A stretch of 58,697 nt of DNA, filler included, from Barthelona sp. PAP020 (taxonomy: Eukaryota), in assembly GCA_040182905.1 (NCBI GenBank). It is 6 parts of 6 records of this genome, joined end to end, with 100 filler letters (N's around TTAATTAATTAA, not from the genome) between each part and the next. Parts side by side here need not be neighbours in the genome. Positions count along the whole stretch, not along the records: positions 1 to 9,812 come from JARQWU010000417.1; positions 9,913 to 19,710 come from JARQWU010000418.1; 4 more parts are not named here. One strand, 5' to 3'. Below, in pieces: positions 1 to 10,071 of the stretch. The notes under the pieces are model-generated. The model was not told the DNA's origin and made no database searches. It was given only the letters and a program-made list of their open reading frames with translations. Position 1 is the first letter of the stretch; every line of letters starts with the position of its first letter. A program made the position numbers and the translations under genes.

Positions 1-369
1 TTTTTTTTTTTTTTTTGCAAAATTGACAAACAATCATTCTATTTTTCAAATAGAGAACAGACTGACAAAAATAGAATTCTTGAAACATTTTTTTGGCCTG
101 TCTTTTGAGAGAAAATATCAAATATTGAACCAAAATTGCAAAACAAGAAAAAGAATCTGTAAAATTGCTGATAATAGCCTGAGAAATAATAATTATTTCA
201 AAATTGCCAAAACCAAAGACATATTGATAATTGTTATATGGTTTTATGAATATTTGGTCCATCAAAGCTTGAATTTTTCTTTGACAATACGTCTTGATCT
301 CTTTTCTGAAAAGAGCAACTAAATCGTTTTCATTTTTTTCCATTTATTTATGTATTAAACAATGTAGAA

Positions 370-1404
370 ATGAGACAAATAAGTCAAACATTAAGATGTA
401 ATGAAACAAGTATTGAATTTAAAAAGGAATTGAACAAATTTGATGGTTCAATTGCATCGTATTCTTTCCGACCAAAATTATTAAAATTTGGAAAAGATGG
501 ATTATCTCATATTTTTATTACAAAAAATAATGAGTTATTGTATTGCAATCCATTACGTTACCGTTTTTATAAAATTAGCACGTTATTATATGAACCAATC
601 GCAATTGAAACATATGATAATGTAATTTTAGTTGGTGATACTGAATCTAATATACATTTTTACAATATTGAAGATTGTAGTCTAATGTTTACTTTTGATT
701 TGGGTTCAGAAGCCATAAAACATATAATTGCATATGATGGTCGTTTATTATTTGCGTCTAATAAAAGAATTTACATTTTTGAGAAAGATAATTTTGAACA
801 AATTTGCCTGCATGAAACTCCTGCTGAAAACACAATTGTTGACCTTCAAATCTTTAATCATAGACCTATTGCATATTTAGATAATCATAACCTATATTTA
901 GTAAATGATGATTCTGTTGATTTTATCAACTGTATAAAAATTGAAAATAGTGATTTATATGATTTTCAACATTTTTGTTATGTCGATTCTTATTTGATAT
1001 TTGGTGGACAATATGAAAATCGACCTATTATTGGCATATTTTCTTTTTTGAGAAAAGATTTTTTAAAAATTTTGTTTTTGCCAGAAACCAGACTGTCTTA
1101 TGGGATGACTACTGTGAAAAAACTTAAATGTTTTGTAAAAGATGGTAAAATTTTCGGTTTATGCAAGATTGATGATGGCACTTTGAGATTGATTGATTTA
1201 ATTGATTGTTGTCAAATAGATTGTTTTGGTCCCAAACAAAAATTATTTGATGTCTCTGACTTGGGATATGTTTTTTCTTCTCTAATTTCGAAACAAATCA
1301 TTTTGTATGATCTCGATGTTCGAATTAAGAATCGCGAAAAGCGTAAATTTGTTGAAGAAAGTGAAATGTTTGATTGTAAAACACTGTCAGTTCAATTGAT
1401 TTGA
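370..1404 (+). CDS. Hypothetical protein, probable divergent beta-propeller (WD40-like)
   Basis: 344-aa ATG ORF rich in short beta-strand/turn patterns (VILVGDTESNIHFYNI, IDDGTLRLIDL); no canonical WD motifs. Confidence 0.5.
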   Translation: MRQISQTLRCNETSIEFKKELNKFDGSIASYSFRPKLLKFGKDGLSHIFITKNNELLYCNPLRYRFYKISTLLYEPIAIETYDNVILVGDTESNIHFYNIEDCSLMFTFDLGSEAIKHIIAYDGRLLFASNKRIYIFEKDNFEQICLHETPAENTIVDLQIFNHRPIAYLDNHNLYLVNDDSVDFINCIKIENSDLYDFQHFCYVDSYLIFGGQYENRPIIGIFSFLRKDFLKILFLPETRLSYGMTTVKKLKCFVKDGKIFGLCKIDDGTLRLIDLIDCCQIDCFGPKQKLFDVSDLGYVFSSLISKQIILYDLDVRIKNREKRKFVEESEMFDCKTLSVQLI

Positions 1405-1711
1405 TAAATTAGAACCTTTGTTTGTTTTTTTCTTTTGTTTATATTTGTATTACACAATATTGGGTTTCAAAATTAAGTAAATATAAGGAAACGGGACTCT
1501 TTTGAAATTTATTGATAAAATTCCCTGAAAAGAGGGGGTTGCTTGTTGTTGGGGACAGAATAATTCCTATTTTTTTTTTGTGTTTGTTGTTTTATCTATA
1601 AAGAAATTATCTTTGATAATAAAAATTACAATTAGCATCTTTGAAATGAAATGAAATGAAATGATTGTGATTTTGATTCGGTGGATTTCCTTTTTTTTCT
1701 TTTTGCAGAAT

Positions 1712-2348
1712 ATGTCGATTGCTTGGACAGCCAAACCATTGGATGTTCCTGGTCCCGGACACTATGAAGTTTCCAGTGCTTTTGGTCAAAAAGGTATTTG
1801 AATGAAATGTTTGATTCAACTAATAGTCAATAGGAAGATCTGTTATTCCAACTCGTGGATCAATTTATATTAAAAAACCCGTTCCAGGTCCTGGTAATTA
1901 TAATATTCCTGGGACTTTTGAGAAACCCAAAGGATTCACTTTATCTCCAAGATTTAAAGAAAAAAGAAGCGAAATTTATGACTTTCCAGGTCCTGGTCAA
2001 TATAATAATGAGCTGATTCAAAGCAAAAAAAATGCACCTACTTTTAAACCAAAGAATGTTGAGAATTTGGACAACAAAGTTCCAGGTCCTGGTTCTTACC
2101 CACTAGAAAGTACTTTTAACACAAAAGGGGCTAAGTTTTCAAAAAGATACACAAGAAATATTGTTGAAAGAGCTCCTGGACCCGGAAAATATGAAGTTTC
2201 ATCCCCTACTACCTCAAGTTCTCCACGTTTTACTATTAAAGCAAAAAAGGAGATCAATTTAGACAATAAAATTCCTGGTCCTGGACAATATCAATTCAAT
2301 GATTCTGTTGGTTCTGGACCAAAATTTTCCTTTAAAGGTCTTCATTGA
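1712..2348 (+). CDS. SHIPPO/ODF3-like PGPG-repeat flagellar protein; join(1712..1793,1834..2348), 198 aa
   Basis: Six PGPGxY repeats (DVPGPGHY, PVPGPGNY, DFPGPGQY, KVPGPGSY, RAPGPGKY, KIPGPGQY). A 40-nt GTATTT...ACTAAT...TAG intron at 1794-1833 joins ATG 1712 in frame to the listed 2067..2348 ORF. Confidence 0.85.
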
Positions 2349-2424
2349 AAAAAATGTAAAAATGTATATGATTTATTCATTTATTTTTGAGGTGTTTGGG
2401 TTGTGAGTAAAATTGAAATTGTGG

Positions 2425-3030
2425 CTAGTTTGATTCATCCAAAGTCTTTGTAATTTTTTTCCCTGTATTTGTATTTAACATGTTTCTCCAGTATTTTGAA
2501 GCAAAAGAAGTGACATTACGATGATATTTATTGATTCTCTGTTGGAACAATAGTTTTTTGTCAACAAATTCCAAACTCTTTCCAACAGCACCTCCTAATT
2601 TTAAAACAATGCCTTTAAAATGAAGTTTATTATCAACATACTTGAAATTTTTTTGACTTATAACAATCAAAGCATAAACAACATCTGTAAACTTGTCCAA
2701 AAACTCATCAGTAGCTTTCGAAAGATCACCTTTATGAATTTTATTATCTGATTTTTTTTCTTTTGGACTAAATAATGTTGGAGAATATGAAGCAAAATCA
2801 ATAACGGATAAAACAGAATTTTTAAAAGAAATGGTTTTTCCTAACAACTCACGATAGGATTCCATTTCAGAAAGCTGCAAAATTGCAGTTGTAGAATTGA
2901 TATAAGGGTAAACTAAACTTTGAAATGTACAAATCTCTGATAAAAATTGAAATAAATCGTCATATGTCGAGCCTTCAACTATATCTTGAATTACCAACTG
3001 ATATGAAGAATTTGAACTTTTGGAAACCAT
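2425..3030 (-). CDS. Hypothetical protein with possible N-terminal RRM-like domain
   Basis: 201-aa ATG ORF; the N-terminus (LVIQDIVEGSTYDDLFQFLS...TAILQL) follows an RRM-like beta-alpha-beta pattern. Confidence 0.5.
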   Translation of the reverse strand: MVSKSSNSSYQLVIQDIVEGSTYDDLFQFLSEICTFQSLVYPYINSTTAILQLSEMESYRELLGKTISFKNSVLSVIDFASYSPTLFSPKEKKSDNKIHKGDLSKATDEFLDKFTDVVYALIVISQKNFKYVDNKLHFKGIVLKLGGAVGKSLEFVDKKLLFQQRINKYHRNVTSFASKYWRNMLNTNTGKKITKTLDESN

Positions 3031-3307
3031 AAAAAAAAAAATTATTTCAAAGTAGTCTTCAATGTTATACCAATTAGTTCAACAAAAACAATGGAGATAC
3101 TTTATTCTCTTTTATATATAAAAGGCAAAAAAATGATTATCAATAATTGTTCATTCAATTCTTTTTTTTTTTAATTCTGTTTGAATAAAATTTAATAAAA
3201 CACAACAATCATGTTTTAGTTTGAAATTGGGCTTTTCAACCTCAAAAATTTAGGTAACAATTATTCTTAAAGGCCATTTATATTTTAAAAATTTTTAAGG
3301 CTTCAAT

Positions 3308-4225
3308 ATGACAATTAATGTTTGTTGGAATTGTGGAAAGACCTTATTTAATCCAAAAAAATTAGAATGTGGTCATGTTGTATGTTTATCATGTTACAAT
3401 GAAGGTTTGCATTCTTCCACCACCTGTACATCATTATGTAGTCCTTGTTCTAAAAAAGAAACAATCCATCAAAGAATGTTTAGAACTGATTCAAGCAGAT
3501 TGTTGCATGATGAAATTATTCCTCCTGATTTCGAAAAACCTGATGAAAACGGTTGGTTGCCAATTCATCATGCAAGTAAATTGGGAGATGTCACCACAGT
3601 ACGTAGTCTATTAGCGAAAAATGATCTCATGATTGATGCTACCACAAAAGAAAATGAATTGACATGTTTAATTTTAGCAGCTCAATTTGGCCATGTAAAA
3701 TTAGTTGCAGCTCTCATTGATCAAGATGCTGAAATTGATGAAACAGATATCGAAGGACATTCTGCCTTGTATTGGGCTGCAGCAAATGGTCGAATAGAAG
3801 TTGTTGAACTTTTGATTAAATGCAAAGCCAATATAGAACTGTGTTCTAATAATTTTAGAACTCCTTTGCATTGCGCAGCTTCAGCAGGATGGTATGAGAT
3901 AGTTCGTGTTTTATTAAAAGCTCAAGCCAATGTGGATGCAAAAGATAAATGGAATGAAACTGCTTTACACAAGGCTTGTGTTGCAGATAATGTCCTGTGT
4001 GCCAAAGAATTAATGAAAAAAGGAGCCAATATTGAGGCTGTTAATCAATGGAATGAGACACCATTGTTTTTAGCTTGTAAAAATGGAAACATCAAAACAG
4101 TCACATTTTTATTAACTGAAGGAGCTAATTTTGAAATAAAAAGATCTGATAATCTCAGCTGCAAAGATATTTGTCAAAAAGAGGAATTTCAAAATATCTT
4201 ACAATTATTTGAATGCTATGCATAA
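3308..4225 (+). CDS. RING finger + ankyrin-repeat protein (putative E3 ligase)
   Basis: N-terminal CxxC...LECGHVVCLSC...CSPC RING-like motif followed by about 7 ankyrin repeats (TPLHCAASAG, TALHKAC, TPLFLACKNG). Confidence 0.85.
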   Translation: MTINVCWNCGKTLFNPKKLECGHVVCLSCYNEGLHSSTTCTSLCSPCSKKETIHQRMFRTDSSRLLHDEIIPPDFEKPDENGWLPIHHASKLGDVTTVRSLLAKNDLMIDATTKENELTCLILAAQFGHVKLVAALIDQDAEIDETDIEGHSALYWAAANGRIEVVELLIKCKANIELCSNNFRTPLHCAASAGWYEIVRVLLKAQANVDAKDKWNETALHKACVADNVLCAKELMKKGANIEAVNQWNETPLFLACKNGNIKTVTFLLTEGANFEIKRSDNLSCKDICQKEEFQNILQLFECYA

Positions 4226-4278
4226 ATTTATTAGACCAAAGATTTTTCCATTTTTGTTTTTAAAAAAAAAACTGTTAT

Positions 4279-4836
4279 TTAAGGTGATCTGTGGTGTTTA
4301 TTCGAAAAAAGAGAACTGCTCTTTTCATCCTTGGGCCCTTTGAAAATACACATAATATTTGCTTCAATTGTTGGATTATTTACTAATAATGGTGATATAC
4401 AAAGAGTGGAATTGATATTTTCATCACAACCAAAAGATACTCTGTTATTTGATTGAATAATTAAAGGAGTTCCAATATTTTCCACTATTTCCATCCTAAG
4501 GGGTGTAAATGACTGTTTTATGCTGTTTTTTGAAGAAAAAATTTGACAATTTCTTTCAAATAGAGGTGATTGAATTTTGGTTTTTGGTGAAGAAATGGTC
4601 TGAATATCAGAACAAAAGGGAGAAACTGATTTCTTTTGTAAATAATTGCCATATTTTGCTTTTGTTTTTAATTTGGAATTTGGGGATAAATTTTTTGTGG
4701 GGGAATAATAGATTTGACTTTTAGATTTTGGACTAATTGACGGATCATAATGTTTTCGTGTGTTGTTATTCATTTGAATGATATAAATAATTGATAAAAC
4801 AACAAATACAAATATCAGTGATAGATAATAAAACAA
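4279..4836 (-). CDS. Hypothetical Ser/Pro/Lys-rich protein; start uncertain
   Basis: 185-codon open frame with repeated SPK/SP motifs. The listed start is TTG; the first ATG is at 4773. Confidence 0.35.
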   Translation of the reverse strand: MFYYLSLIFVFVVLSIIYIIQMNNNTRKHYDPSISPKSKSQIYYSPTKNLSPNSKLKTKAKYGNYLQKKSVSPFCSDIQTISSPKTKIQSPLFERNCQIFSSKNSIKQSFTPLRMEIVENIGTPLIIQSNNRVSFGCDENINSTLCISPLLVNNPTIEANIMCIFKGPKDEKSSSLFSNKHHRSP

Positions 4837-4907
4837 ATATTTTTCATTTTCTTCAATAATTTATTCTTTTAATAACTGTATTAATATTGATTTTCTGGCA
4901 ATATAAG

Positions 4908-6707
4908 ATGGATGAAAGATTAAAAGAACGAATATTTCATGAATATTTACATTCAAACAGTTTTTGTGTGATTGGTGAATTTGATCAAATTGATGGATGT
5001 GTTGTAAGACATCTAAATTCAACGAATAGCAAAAATGTATACAATGATAATGATGTTATTGATAGAGAAAAATTATTTGAATACTTTGCAAAAACTGTTG
5101 TTTCTTTATTATCAATTGATCAATTATCCAGTTCTGTTGGATACAATCCTGATTATGAACAATTAAGATACCTTAACAGTTCAGAATTTGTACTATTTAG
5201 TAGATTTGTTCTATTACCAGATATTGATGCCCGAGGCTTTTCAAGATCAACTTTATTTTGTTATTTCAAGCCTTCTAATAGTTGTTTTAGTTCTAGTGTT
5301 CATAGATACATAAATGATGTCCCTTCATTAGCCAAGAGCTTGATTCGTTCCATGTGTATTGTTTCAAAGGTTGGATGTTCCATAGGATTTATTCATCAAG
5401 CTAAAAATAGGATATCATATCTGAACAATCAGATGGAAGTTGAAAAAGACAAGAAAGCAAGTAGATACTTTGAGTATTTACAATTAAAGAACAAATTAAC
5501 TTATTTATTGAAAGAATGTGAAGTGCTTGTGTTAGATTTCATCAAGGTGTTGGAATTAGATGACATAACTGTTGTTCCTCCTTCATTGAGATGTCAACCT
5601 GAGGATATAGTTGTTTTAAAGAATATTTTATCCAATAATTCCAGTTTTTCAAATCTCAAAACAAAGATAGAAGAGGTGATTAATCTTGATTGTATGATCA
5701 TTCCAACTCCTTTAATCCAAATGACCAATAAAGTTGCTGTTCTGTTACCATTATTTGATAATCAGCAGCAACAAAATCATTTATTAAAAAGCACTTTAGG
5801 TTCAAGGGTGATAGGAACATTATTGCCTTTGCCGTTTCCAGAAATTGTATACGAAATGTCTAACCATCTATCTAGTATACATCCTGCTTTAGATGCTTCT
5901 TCCTTAACATATTTAAGTCAAATATTACCGTTAGATATTGAGTTATGGAGTAAATTATTAGGGAATATTGGGCCTGAATGTATGTACTATAATCGTATAT
6001 ATTGTTTATTGGAAAAACCATCAATAATTGTTGAAAAATTTTTAAGATATTTTTGCATATTAGCTTCCAACAATCATTTTGCCAACCTCATTAAACTATC
6101 TTTGGTTGGAATTAAATTCACATTTAGCACTGATGTTAAGGAATTAGTGACTGTTTCAGAAATATTAATTTCAATGTTTAATAAGATTCTAAATTCGAAT
6201 TCAAACTTGTTTGAAAACGCCAGCAGCAGTAATAACAATGCTAAGCTGAATAAAAATAAACAACATCAACATAATAACTTTATCATGTTAAAAAAGGACT
6301 TCATCCAAATTAATCTTAATTACCAAATTACTTACAAATATGATTTTAACCATACAGAATTATCAATACCTGAACAACGTTTTAATGCAAGCATACAAGA
6401 ATGGAAAAAATGTTTCTATAACAGAGACTTAGAGCATATTAACAAATCAAAAATTGTCTTTTGGACGTTCTTTGAATTGGTTAGCTATTTTAAAACTCAA
6501 AGATATAATTATGATGTTGCCAAAATTGATGTCATGTCTGTTCTATCCACAATTAGATACAATAATCATTTATCTGATTCAAATAACAAATTCAAATCTT
6601 TGAATTTTAACTCAAACAAATCTTCCAGAAGGTCTTCAGTAAGAATCAGTTTAAATTCTAATAATTCATGCACAGATAAAAATAAAGAACCAATGAATAA
6701 TGAATAA
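4908..6707 (+). CDS. SMCR8/folliculin-family longin (uDENN) domain protein
   Basis: N-terminal VIGEFDQIDG and LPDIDARGFSRSTLFCY match the family signatures (SMCR8 ISEFSEQVGP / LYDLEARGFVRPFCMAY; FLCN KDSLARGFQR). First ATG at 4908. Confidence 0.7.
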   Translation: MDERLKERIFHEYLHSNSFCVIGEFDQIDGCVVRHLNSTNSKNVYNDNDVIDREKLFEYFAKTVVSLLSIDQLSSSVGYNPDYEQLRYLNSSEFVLFSRFVLLPDIDARGFSRSTLFCYFKPSNSCFSSSVHRYINDVPSLAKSLIRSMCIVSKVGCSIGFIHQAKNRISYLNNQMEVEKDKKASRYFEYLQLKNKLTYLLKECEVLVLDFIKVLELDDITVVPPSLRCQPEDIVVLKNILSNNSSFSNLKTKIEEVINLDCMIIPTPLIQMTNKVAVLLPLFDNQQQQNHLLKSTLGSRVIGTLLPLPFPEIVYEMSNHLSSIHPALDASSLTYLSQILPLDIELWSKLLGNIGPECMYYNRIYCLLEKPSIIVEKFLRYFCILASNNHFANLIKLSLVGIKFTFSTDVKELVTVSEILISMFNKILNSNSNLFENASSSNNNAKLNKNKQHQHNNFIMLKKDFIQINLNYQITYKYDFNHTELSIPEQRFNASIQEWKKCFYNRDLEHINKSKIVFWTFFELVSYFKTQRYNYDVAKIDVMSVLSTIRYNNHLSDSNNKFKSLNFNSNKSSRRSSVRISLNSNNSCTDKNKEPMNNE

Positions 6708-6766
6708 ATAGAGGAATAAATGAATTGAATTGACACTCATTACATTTGTAATTTTACAGCAACAAA

Positions 6767-7165
6767 TTACAAATTTTTGCATTTCAAAACATTTGTTATT
6801 TGATCGAACTTTTCTTTTTTTGACCGATTCATTTCTTCATTCATTTGTTGAACATTCTTTTTATGTAAAATGTCAATAGTTTTTTTTATTTTATTCTTAT
6901 TTTTGTCATATTCTTTCTGTTGTTGTTGTTTTTGCTTTGAAACAATCGAACTAACTGGAAAATTCACTTCAATATCTATATCATAACCTTCAATCTCATG
7001 TACAATATCAATAAAATCCTTTATTACTTCTTTTATCATTAAACGAGTTGTATATCCTAACCAAAACTTTTGAATAATGGCAGCAGCACTGTCATTGTTC
7101 AATATCTTTGTAATCTTACACTTTCTTTCAGATATTCGTTGTTCTCGTCGTTTAATAGTGATCAT
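6767..7165 (-). CDS. Small IQ-motif protein
   Basis: AAAIIQKFWLGYTTR is an IQxxxRGxxxR-like calmodulin-binding motif. Confidence 0.6.
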   Translation of the reverse strand: MITIKRREQRISERKCKITKILNNDSAAAIIQKFWLGYTTRLMIKEVIKDFIDIVHEIEGYDIDIEVNFPVSSIVSKQKQQQQKEYDKNKNKIKKTIDILHKKNVQQMNEEMNRSKKEKFDQITNVLKCKNL

Positions 7166-7276
7166 GCAAATAATGGTTTTGAAAAAAATTCCAATTTTCC
7201 CCTTTTACTGTAAAATCATTTTCCAAACTGTATATCATAATCCAATAAAATTTATGTATTTTTTTAATACTATACA

Positions 7277-9505
7277 ATGAATGAAGATATTATAGATATT
7301 GATGATTTTTTCGATGAAGAAATAAAGAATGAGATGGATTCAAGGCATCCAAAAAGTAATATTTTCAATGTCATCAATAAAAATACATCAAAAGAAGTTA
7401 TAGATGATGAAAATGTTATTTCATTTGGTATAGGATCTTTGCAAAATAATGAAAATAATTTGGCTGAATTAGAAAATTCCAGTGGTTATGTTGAAGATGA
7501 TGATATTTTACCAATGGGATTTAGAAACAATAATGGAAGTAACAACAATACAAATATAATAAATGAAGCTTTAAATGTTGAGGAAAGGAGTTTTCAATCC
7601 ATTTCCCCTCAATTTTTCAATGACAGTTATCCATTAGGAGCAGATCGAACAAATTTTTATATTGCAAATGATTTTAATTCTCCACAAGTCTATAGCAGTG
7701 ATGATAATTATACGATTGAAACATTAAAAAAATCAACAAAAGCAAAACAAAACCATTCTTTTGAGACCGAAACAACAAGAAAACATTCACAGAGTAGTAA
7801 TAAGATAAAACCTCTTCATTTTGAGGAGAATGATGATGGAACAAAATATTTTTCTATGACACCATCAGATAAATATAATAATCTATTTTTAAGTAGGGTT
7901 AGACCAAAAAATGAAGATTTGATTGATTTTAGGGGGCATATGGAAAAATACAATTTTGTGATATTGGGAGGGTCTTTATCTGGATATGAATTAGGATTTA
8001 GATTGGCTTCTGTTGGTTTATCAGTAGCTTTGGTATGTGATACAATATTGAGTGGAACATCTTGGTTGAAGGGTGAAATACCATGTAAGTATTTGTTAGA
8101 ATATGCCAAATCTCAAGTTAAATATAACGATCTTGCTAGAAGGCAGTATGAAATCAATGATGTTTATTCAACAAACAATTTTTTGATTAAACAAGAGGAA
8201 TTTCAGCAATTCTTATCCTATTTTCGAATGGAAAGAGCACGTTTAAGCAAATTATGCAGTTATGCAAGAATAATTAAAAGTGGTGTGGATGTCTTTTATA
8301 ATAAAGGTTTATTTTTGGACGAAAATACAATTAGTATTAATGATTCTCAAAATACAAGATTCCGTTTTCATAAAGCTTGTGTGTGTATAGGAACTATTGA
8401 TATATTCCCTGATATTCCAGGTTTACAACAAATTGAATTTTTAACCAATGAAACAATCTTCAACATCAATAAATTGCCATTTTCCTTGGCAATTTTAGGA
8501 GAAAGCCTGGAAGCCATTTCGTTTACTCAATCTTTTGCTCTTTTGGGATTACATGTTACCCTAATTTACAAACACAAAAGTTTTGCACAATTTATGGACC
8601 CAGAAGCAGCTAATGTAGTACTTGAGGAAACAAAAAGGTTTGGTGCAAATGTTATTCTTGGAGCAGAGGTATTGAATATCATGAAACATGGTAAAAAGAA
8701 AAGTATCGTAATTGGTGGGTTGAATACGCTAGAAGTTGAAGAAATTCTGGTAATCCCAGATAAAATTCCGAAAATAACCAATATTGGGCTCAAAAATGCC
8801 AATATCAGCATTGAAAATTACGTGGAGGTAGATTCCAATCTTTGTACCTCAAATAAAAGAATATTTGCAATTGGAAGTTGTGTGAGTCAAATATTTGATC
8901 ATTCTTGTAATTCTGCTGTTGAATATATCTATCATAGAATCGTTTTTGACAATATTATCAAAAAGTTCAATTTTGCTAGTCTGATACTAACATTTCCATT
9001 GCTTCCTGGATTTGCTCAGGTAGGCTATACTCATCAAAAGGCCACTGGATTAGATCTGGAATTTAATGTTTATAAGATTAATAACAAAGAAATTACGTAT
9101 TGGAGTTCAAAAAACATTTCAAAAACAGGATTAAGCAAATTAATGATCAAAAATAATGGAAAAATTTTGGGTGCTACGTTTGTTTGTGATGAAAGTGGTG
9201 TACTTGCAGAAACAATCAGCCAATCAATGAATAATGGAGATTCTATTATCAAAATGAGTTTAAACCCTTCATATAGTTGTAGTCCTTTAATATTGCTGAA
9301 TTATTTTGCAGTTTTGTACAACATCGAAACAATCTCAAAGAAAAGAAAAAAAATTCTCATCAAACACTTTTCAAGATCCACCCATCCTGGTTTACGTTTT
9401 GAAGAACTTGAAGATTTCTTGAATGTCAACATTAGAGATCCAGTATTGGATATGGACAATAATAATAGCACATTTGAAGAGGTTATTAGTATATATCAAC
9501 CTTGA
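7277..9505 (+). CDS. Degenerate class-I pyridine nucleotide-disulfide oxidoreductase (mercuric reductase/lipoamide dehydrogenase-like) with ~200-aa low-complexity N-terminal extension
   Basis: YNFVILGGSLSG (FAD-binding), PDIPGL...FLTNETIF, TSNKRIFAIGSC and GKILGATFV follow the family order; the redox motif reads SGTSWLKGEIPCK instead of GGxCxxxGCxPSK. Confidence 0.8.
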   Translation: MNEDIIDIDDFFDEEIKNEMDSRHPKSNIFNVINKNTSKEVIDDENVISFGIGSLQNNENNLAELENSSGYVEDDDILPMGFRNNNGSNNNTNIINEALNVEERSFQSISPQFFNDSYPLGADRTNFYIANDFNSPQVYSSDDNYTIETLKKSTKAKQNHSFETETTRKHSQSSNKIKPLHFEENDDGTKYFSMTPSDKYNNLFLSRVRPKNEDLIDFRGHMEKYNFVILGGSLSGYELGFRLASVGLSVALVCDTILSGTSWLKGEIPCKYLLEYAKSQVKYNDLARRQYEINDVYSTNNFLIKQEEFQQFLSYFRMERARLSKLCSYARIIKSGVDVFYNKGLFLDENTISINDSQNTRFRFHKACVCIGTIDIFPDIPGLQQIEFLTNETIFNINKLPFSLAILGESLEAISFTQSFALLGLHVTLIYKHKSFAQFMDPEAANVVLEETKRFGANVILGAEVLNIMKHGKKKSIVIGGLNTLEVEEILVIPDKIPKITNIGLKNANISIENYVEVDSNLCTSNKRIFAIGSCVSQIFDHSCNSAVEYIYHRIVFDNIIKKFNFASLILTFPLLPGFAQVGYTHQKATGLDLEFNVYKINNKEITYWSSKNISKTGLSKLMIKNNGKILGATFVCDESGVLAETISQSMNNGDSIIKMSLNPSYSCSPLILLNYFAVLYNIETISKKRKKILIKHFSRSTHPGLRFEELEDFLNVNIRDPVLDMDNNNSTFEEVISIYQP

Positions 9506-9674
9506 TTAAGAACAATTCAGGTCATTTTTTCTCTTCCTTTTCAACTGATTATAATAAGTAAACTTCCTTCAAAATCCCTATTTCTTTTTCGTTTTTTTTT
9601 TTTGAATTGCCAAAGAAAAAAAAAAGCAAAACGAGTCGTTTACGAGAAAAGATCATGAATAATTAAAAACCAAA

Positions 9675-9812
9675 TTATTCAGTTTCAACTTCAACAACAG
9701 CTTCAGCGTTCAATTGTTCAAAGAATCTGACACGAGGTTCAGCTTCAATGGCAGTTTCTTTCCAAAGATCAGGAGTAAGATAAGTGTAGGTGACAGTAAG
9801 AGCCTTGATAAC
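9675..9812 (-). CDS. RPS2: 40S ribosomal protein S2 (uS5), C-terminal fragment truncated by contig end
   Basis: Minus-strand translation VIKALTVTYTYLTPDLWKETAIEAEPRVRFFEQL...* matches the conserved TYxYLTPDLWKET motif; not in the ORF track. Confidence 0.9.
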   Translation of the reverse strand, partial: VIKALTVTYTYLTPDLWKETAIEAEPRVRFFEQLNAEAVVEVETE

Positions 9813-9912
9813 NNNNNNNNNNNNNNNNNNNNNNNNNNNNNNNNNNNNNNNNNNNNTTAATTAATTAANNNNNNNNNNNNNNNNNNNNNNNNNNNNNNNN
9901 NNNNNNNNNNNN
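9813..9912. other. Artificial contig linker
   Basis: N44-TTAATTAATTAA-N44 (stops in all six frames). Confidence 0.99.
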
Positions 9913-10071
9913 ACCGATGTAATAGCTTGCTTTTTTAATTAGATCTTTTTATTAAATTCTGTTTTTTTTTTTTTTTTATTTTTTTTTTTTATTTTATTTT
10001 TTTTTTTTTGTTTTTTTTGTTTATAATTTTACAAAGAAAAAGAGATAATTAAAAAGAAAAATACAGTTTAT

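Noticed and set aside
1642..1664. (GAAAT)n short tandem repeat
   Set aside because: Only about four copies in AT-rich intergenic DNA; not telomeric or otherwise informative
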